A DNA stretch of 8,941 nt from Chlorokybus atmophyticus (Eukaryota > Plantae > Mesostigma and Chlorokybus algae). Within the stretch, counting starts at the first letter, position 1; each line of letters starts with the position of its first letter. The stretch covers positions 1 through 8,941 of the forward strand of contig RHPI01003153.1 of assembly GCA_009103225.1 (NCBI GenBank). Reading direction: 5' to 3'. Under the pieces are notes generated by a model. It was not told where the DNA came from, made no database searches, and saw nothing but the letters and a program-made list of their open reading frames with translations. This document shows, one piece after another, positions 7,029 through 8,941 of the stretch. The translations under genes were made by a program, and so were the position numbers.

Positions 7029-8050
7029 GCTGACTTTATTGGGTCGCTCATTCTGTTGTTGGGTTTGAGTTCAGGCTAACAAAGTGGCCAGCAATCAAGA
7101 GCTACCTCTACCTTTCAGTAAAAAGGAGGGTAATCAACAGTGAAGCCTATTGCTTCCAGCAACAGCCTGCCTACATGTTCAGAGTAAGTTGGTGGAATGG
7201 CATTCTTGACTTCCGATTCCGCATCCATCCACTCCACCTGCATGGCAGACTGCCACCCTGCAATCGTGCCACGGCAGGATGCTTGGCCGTACACCGGGTA
7301 AATTTGCCTCTCCCCAGGTAGCAACTGCCGGCGCTGCTCCGGGTGGGTGGCCAGCTCTCCAAGTGCACAACCAGTGTGGTTGCATTTCAAGTCTGAGTGC
7401 AGTGGAGGGTTTGTCTCGAAGATGCGATGACGATACACATCCAACTTGAACATGGTGCCACACAGCTTCAGGTGAGTTGTCATGTGTCCTGATGCGCCTG
7501 CGACATTCTCTATCACCCATGGCTTGTCGCTCAACTGCAACTTGGCTCTTATGGGGTCAATCAGGTTGACGTGCTCCCATCGATTGCCGTACGGAGCGCT
7601 GTGTAGTGGGAATGGCCCCACTTAGAGCTTGACATGGAGGACTTGCCCACACCGCAGCGTATGCTGTCGGGTCAGCGTCCATTGCATCCATCTGGCAGAA
7701 CTTGAATGGGTATGACGGTTGTGGCTTGTTGTCGATGCCCTCAACATCAAACCCTGCCCTGTACAGACCCATGGCTACACCACCAGCGCCGCAAAAGAGA
7801 TCCAGTGCGCGCGGCCTGCAACGTCTTCCGTTTGAGTCTATTGGTGTGCGTGTGATCAGAAGGGGTGGGGGCTTGGGCCATCGATTGAGCTCTCGACCAG
7901 GCAAGTCTTGCAGTTTCAGACAGCTTTGACCACCAACACGAACCATTACGTCGTAACCCTCACGCACAGCTGCCATGTTCCAGTTCTTTATCAAGATGTG
8001 GTGCAGCCGTGGGTCCTCAACGAAATCGTCGTACTTGATGGTATGTTTTC

Positions 8051-8117
8051 CTGAGCCACATGTTTGCCTGAGCCGGTGCTTGCATGAGCGTGCGCATGTA
8101 AATACTCTGCAGTATAC
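8051..8117 (-). other. Spliceosomal intron (67 nt, phase 1) inside the Tudor domain
   Basis: ACAG|gtatac...ggctcag|GA; removal yields the typical Tudor [10 protein letters not shown]. Confidence 0.85.
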
Positions 8118-8176
8118 CTGTGTTGGCATAAAAAGTGATGATGTGGCCTGCATACCAGGAGCTCATTCCTGGCCAG

Positions 8177-8236
8177 TACACCACAACGCGGCATGCNACC
8201 AAAGACTACACCACAACGCGGTATGCTACCAAAGAC
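8177..8236. repeat. 30-nt tandem duplication creating an in-frame TAG in the Tudor domain
   Basis: tacaccacaacgcgg[c/t]atgc[n/t]accaaagac x2; contains N8197. Confidence 0.9.
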
Positions 8237-8304
8237 TGCCCCTCATCAACAATCTCCTTCCGCCAAGCAGCCAGTGTCGCGACATCGTCGACAACCGCGT
8301 TCCC

Positions 8305-8377
8305 CTTTGGCATTCAAGAGTAAGTTGGTCATGCATGCAAGCGCTGTTTTGCTGTTTGCAAGGACAGTTCAACTCAC
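8305..8377 (-). other. Spliceosomal intron (73 nt, phase 0)
   Basis: GGG|gtgagt...ccaaag|GGG; removes an in-frame TGA. The AAG acceptor is weaker than CAG. Confidence 0.65.
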
Positions 8378-8542
8378 CCCGTTGTTGACATCGTCTTCGA
8401 TTACAGTGGACTTGCCGCGACCGTTGCGCACGAGCTGACGTCGAACCACATTGCACATCTGCCCATCACGATATGCTCCAGGCCGTGCCCAAGGCAGGTG
8501 ATTCATGGGCTCGCCGTCCCACTCAAACTTGGAAAGCAAGCA

Positions 8543-8614
8543 CTGCAGGCAAGTGCACTCCTTTCAAAAGAAATCTGGCCTCATGCATTGTGCCAGCAGT
8601 CTGCATTGCCTCAC
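8543..8614 (-). other. Spliceosomal intron (72 nt, phase 0; alternative GC donor at 8628)
   Basis: AAT|gtgagg...cttgcctgcag|TGC; the following 55-codon exon is open. Confidence 0.65.
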
Positions 8615-8656
8615 ATTGTCCCCCCTTGCCTTGTGGTGCCAGCAGGCTTCATAGAA

Positions 8657-8941
8657 TCCATACTGCTCACTGTACAGCTTGCACTTCTCTTCATGCTGTT
8701 GCAGACGTCTGTTGTTGCCATTCCTAACCAAGTATGCTTTGCAGAAGCTACACACTTTGACGCCGCGCATGCTGGCGCCACGCTACCTGGCACACAAACC
8801 CTAGAAGNTCCATACTGCTCACTGTACAGCTTGCACTTCTCTTCATGCTGTTGCACACGTCTGTTGTTGCCATTCCTAACCAAGTATGCTTTGCAGAAGC
8901 TACACACTTTGACGCCGCGCATGCTGGCGCCACGCTACCTG
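8657..8941. repeat. 133-bp duplication across N8808, probably an assembly overlap
   Basis: 8657-8789 = 8809-8941 with one SNP (8704/8856); the second copy starts exactly after the N. Confidence 0.75.
8681..8752 (-). other. C2HC zinc-finger-like motif
   Basis: CSFC-x15-H-x3-C (CSFCKAYLVRNGNNRRLQQHEEKC). Confidence 0.55.

Larger units (their letters stand above)
7115..8770 (-). pseudogene. Spliced C2HC zinc finger - Tudor - C5 DNA cytosine methyltransferase gene, interrupted as assembled. Exons 8770-8615, 8542-8378, 8304-8118, 8050-7115
   Basis: MTase motifs: [10 protein letters not shown] (~7806-7780), IV SPPCQ (Cys 7634-7632), VI IENV (7510-7502), VIII YRHRIFE (~7432-7424), X NAIPP. Tudor: [29 protein letters not shown]|GKHTIKYDD. 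All three introns restore the frame. Lesions: TAG at 8208-8206 and a frameshift within 7557-7621. Confidence 0.82.

Noticed and set aside
5600-7110. Degenerate pol (protease/RT/RNase H/integrase or tyrosine recombinase) downstream of gag
   Set aside because: I saw no recognisable catalytic motifs in the translated ORFs; a sensitive TBLASTN/HMM search would be needed to exclude highly decayed remnants.
8657-8941. Tandem duplication of the zinc-finger exon
   Set aside because: The second copy starts exactly at a single N and differs by one SNP, which is typical of overlapping contigs or haplotypes joined in a scaffold.

Overview
Eukaryotic, transposon-like locus. GT-AG introns of about 70-90 nt, TGTAA motifs, (TTAGGG)n tracts and CA/GCATGC-rich spacers suggest a chlorophyte alga (inference). 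Two intron-containing genes converge. (1) On +, 2604-5595: K-rich N-terminus, an unrecognised ~85-aa domain present twice, an OTU-like cysteine protease, PQ/EAEAKQ repeats, then one in-frame TGA followed in the same frame by a retrotransposon Gag capsid C-terminal-like domain and a coiled coil. (2) On -, 8770-7115: C2HC zinc finger, Tudor domain and a compact bacterial/phage-type C5 cytosine methyltransferase, with one in-frame stop from a 30-nt duplication and one frameshift. I see no RT, integrase, recombinase or transposase in the window. The non-coding DNA is strongly structured. It carries about 17 copies of a hairpin motif whose orientation flips near 1950, two diverged modules ending in TTAGGG repeats, and a ~167-nt hairpin whose 3' arm perfectly matches a third site about 500 nt upstream. 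Three single Ns (3813, 8197, 8808) indicate a draft assembly, so some lesions and duplications may be artefacts.
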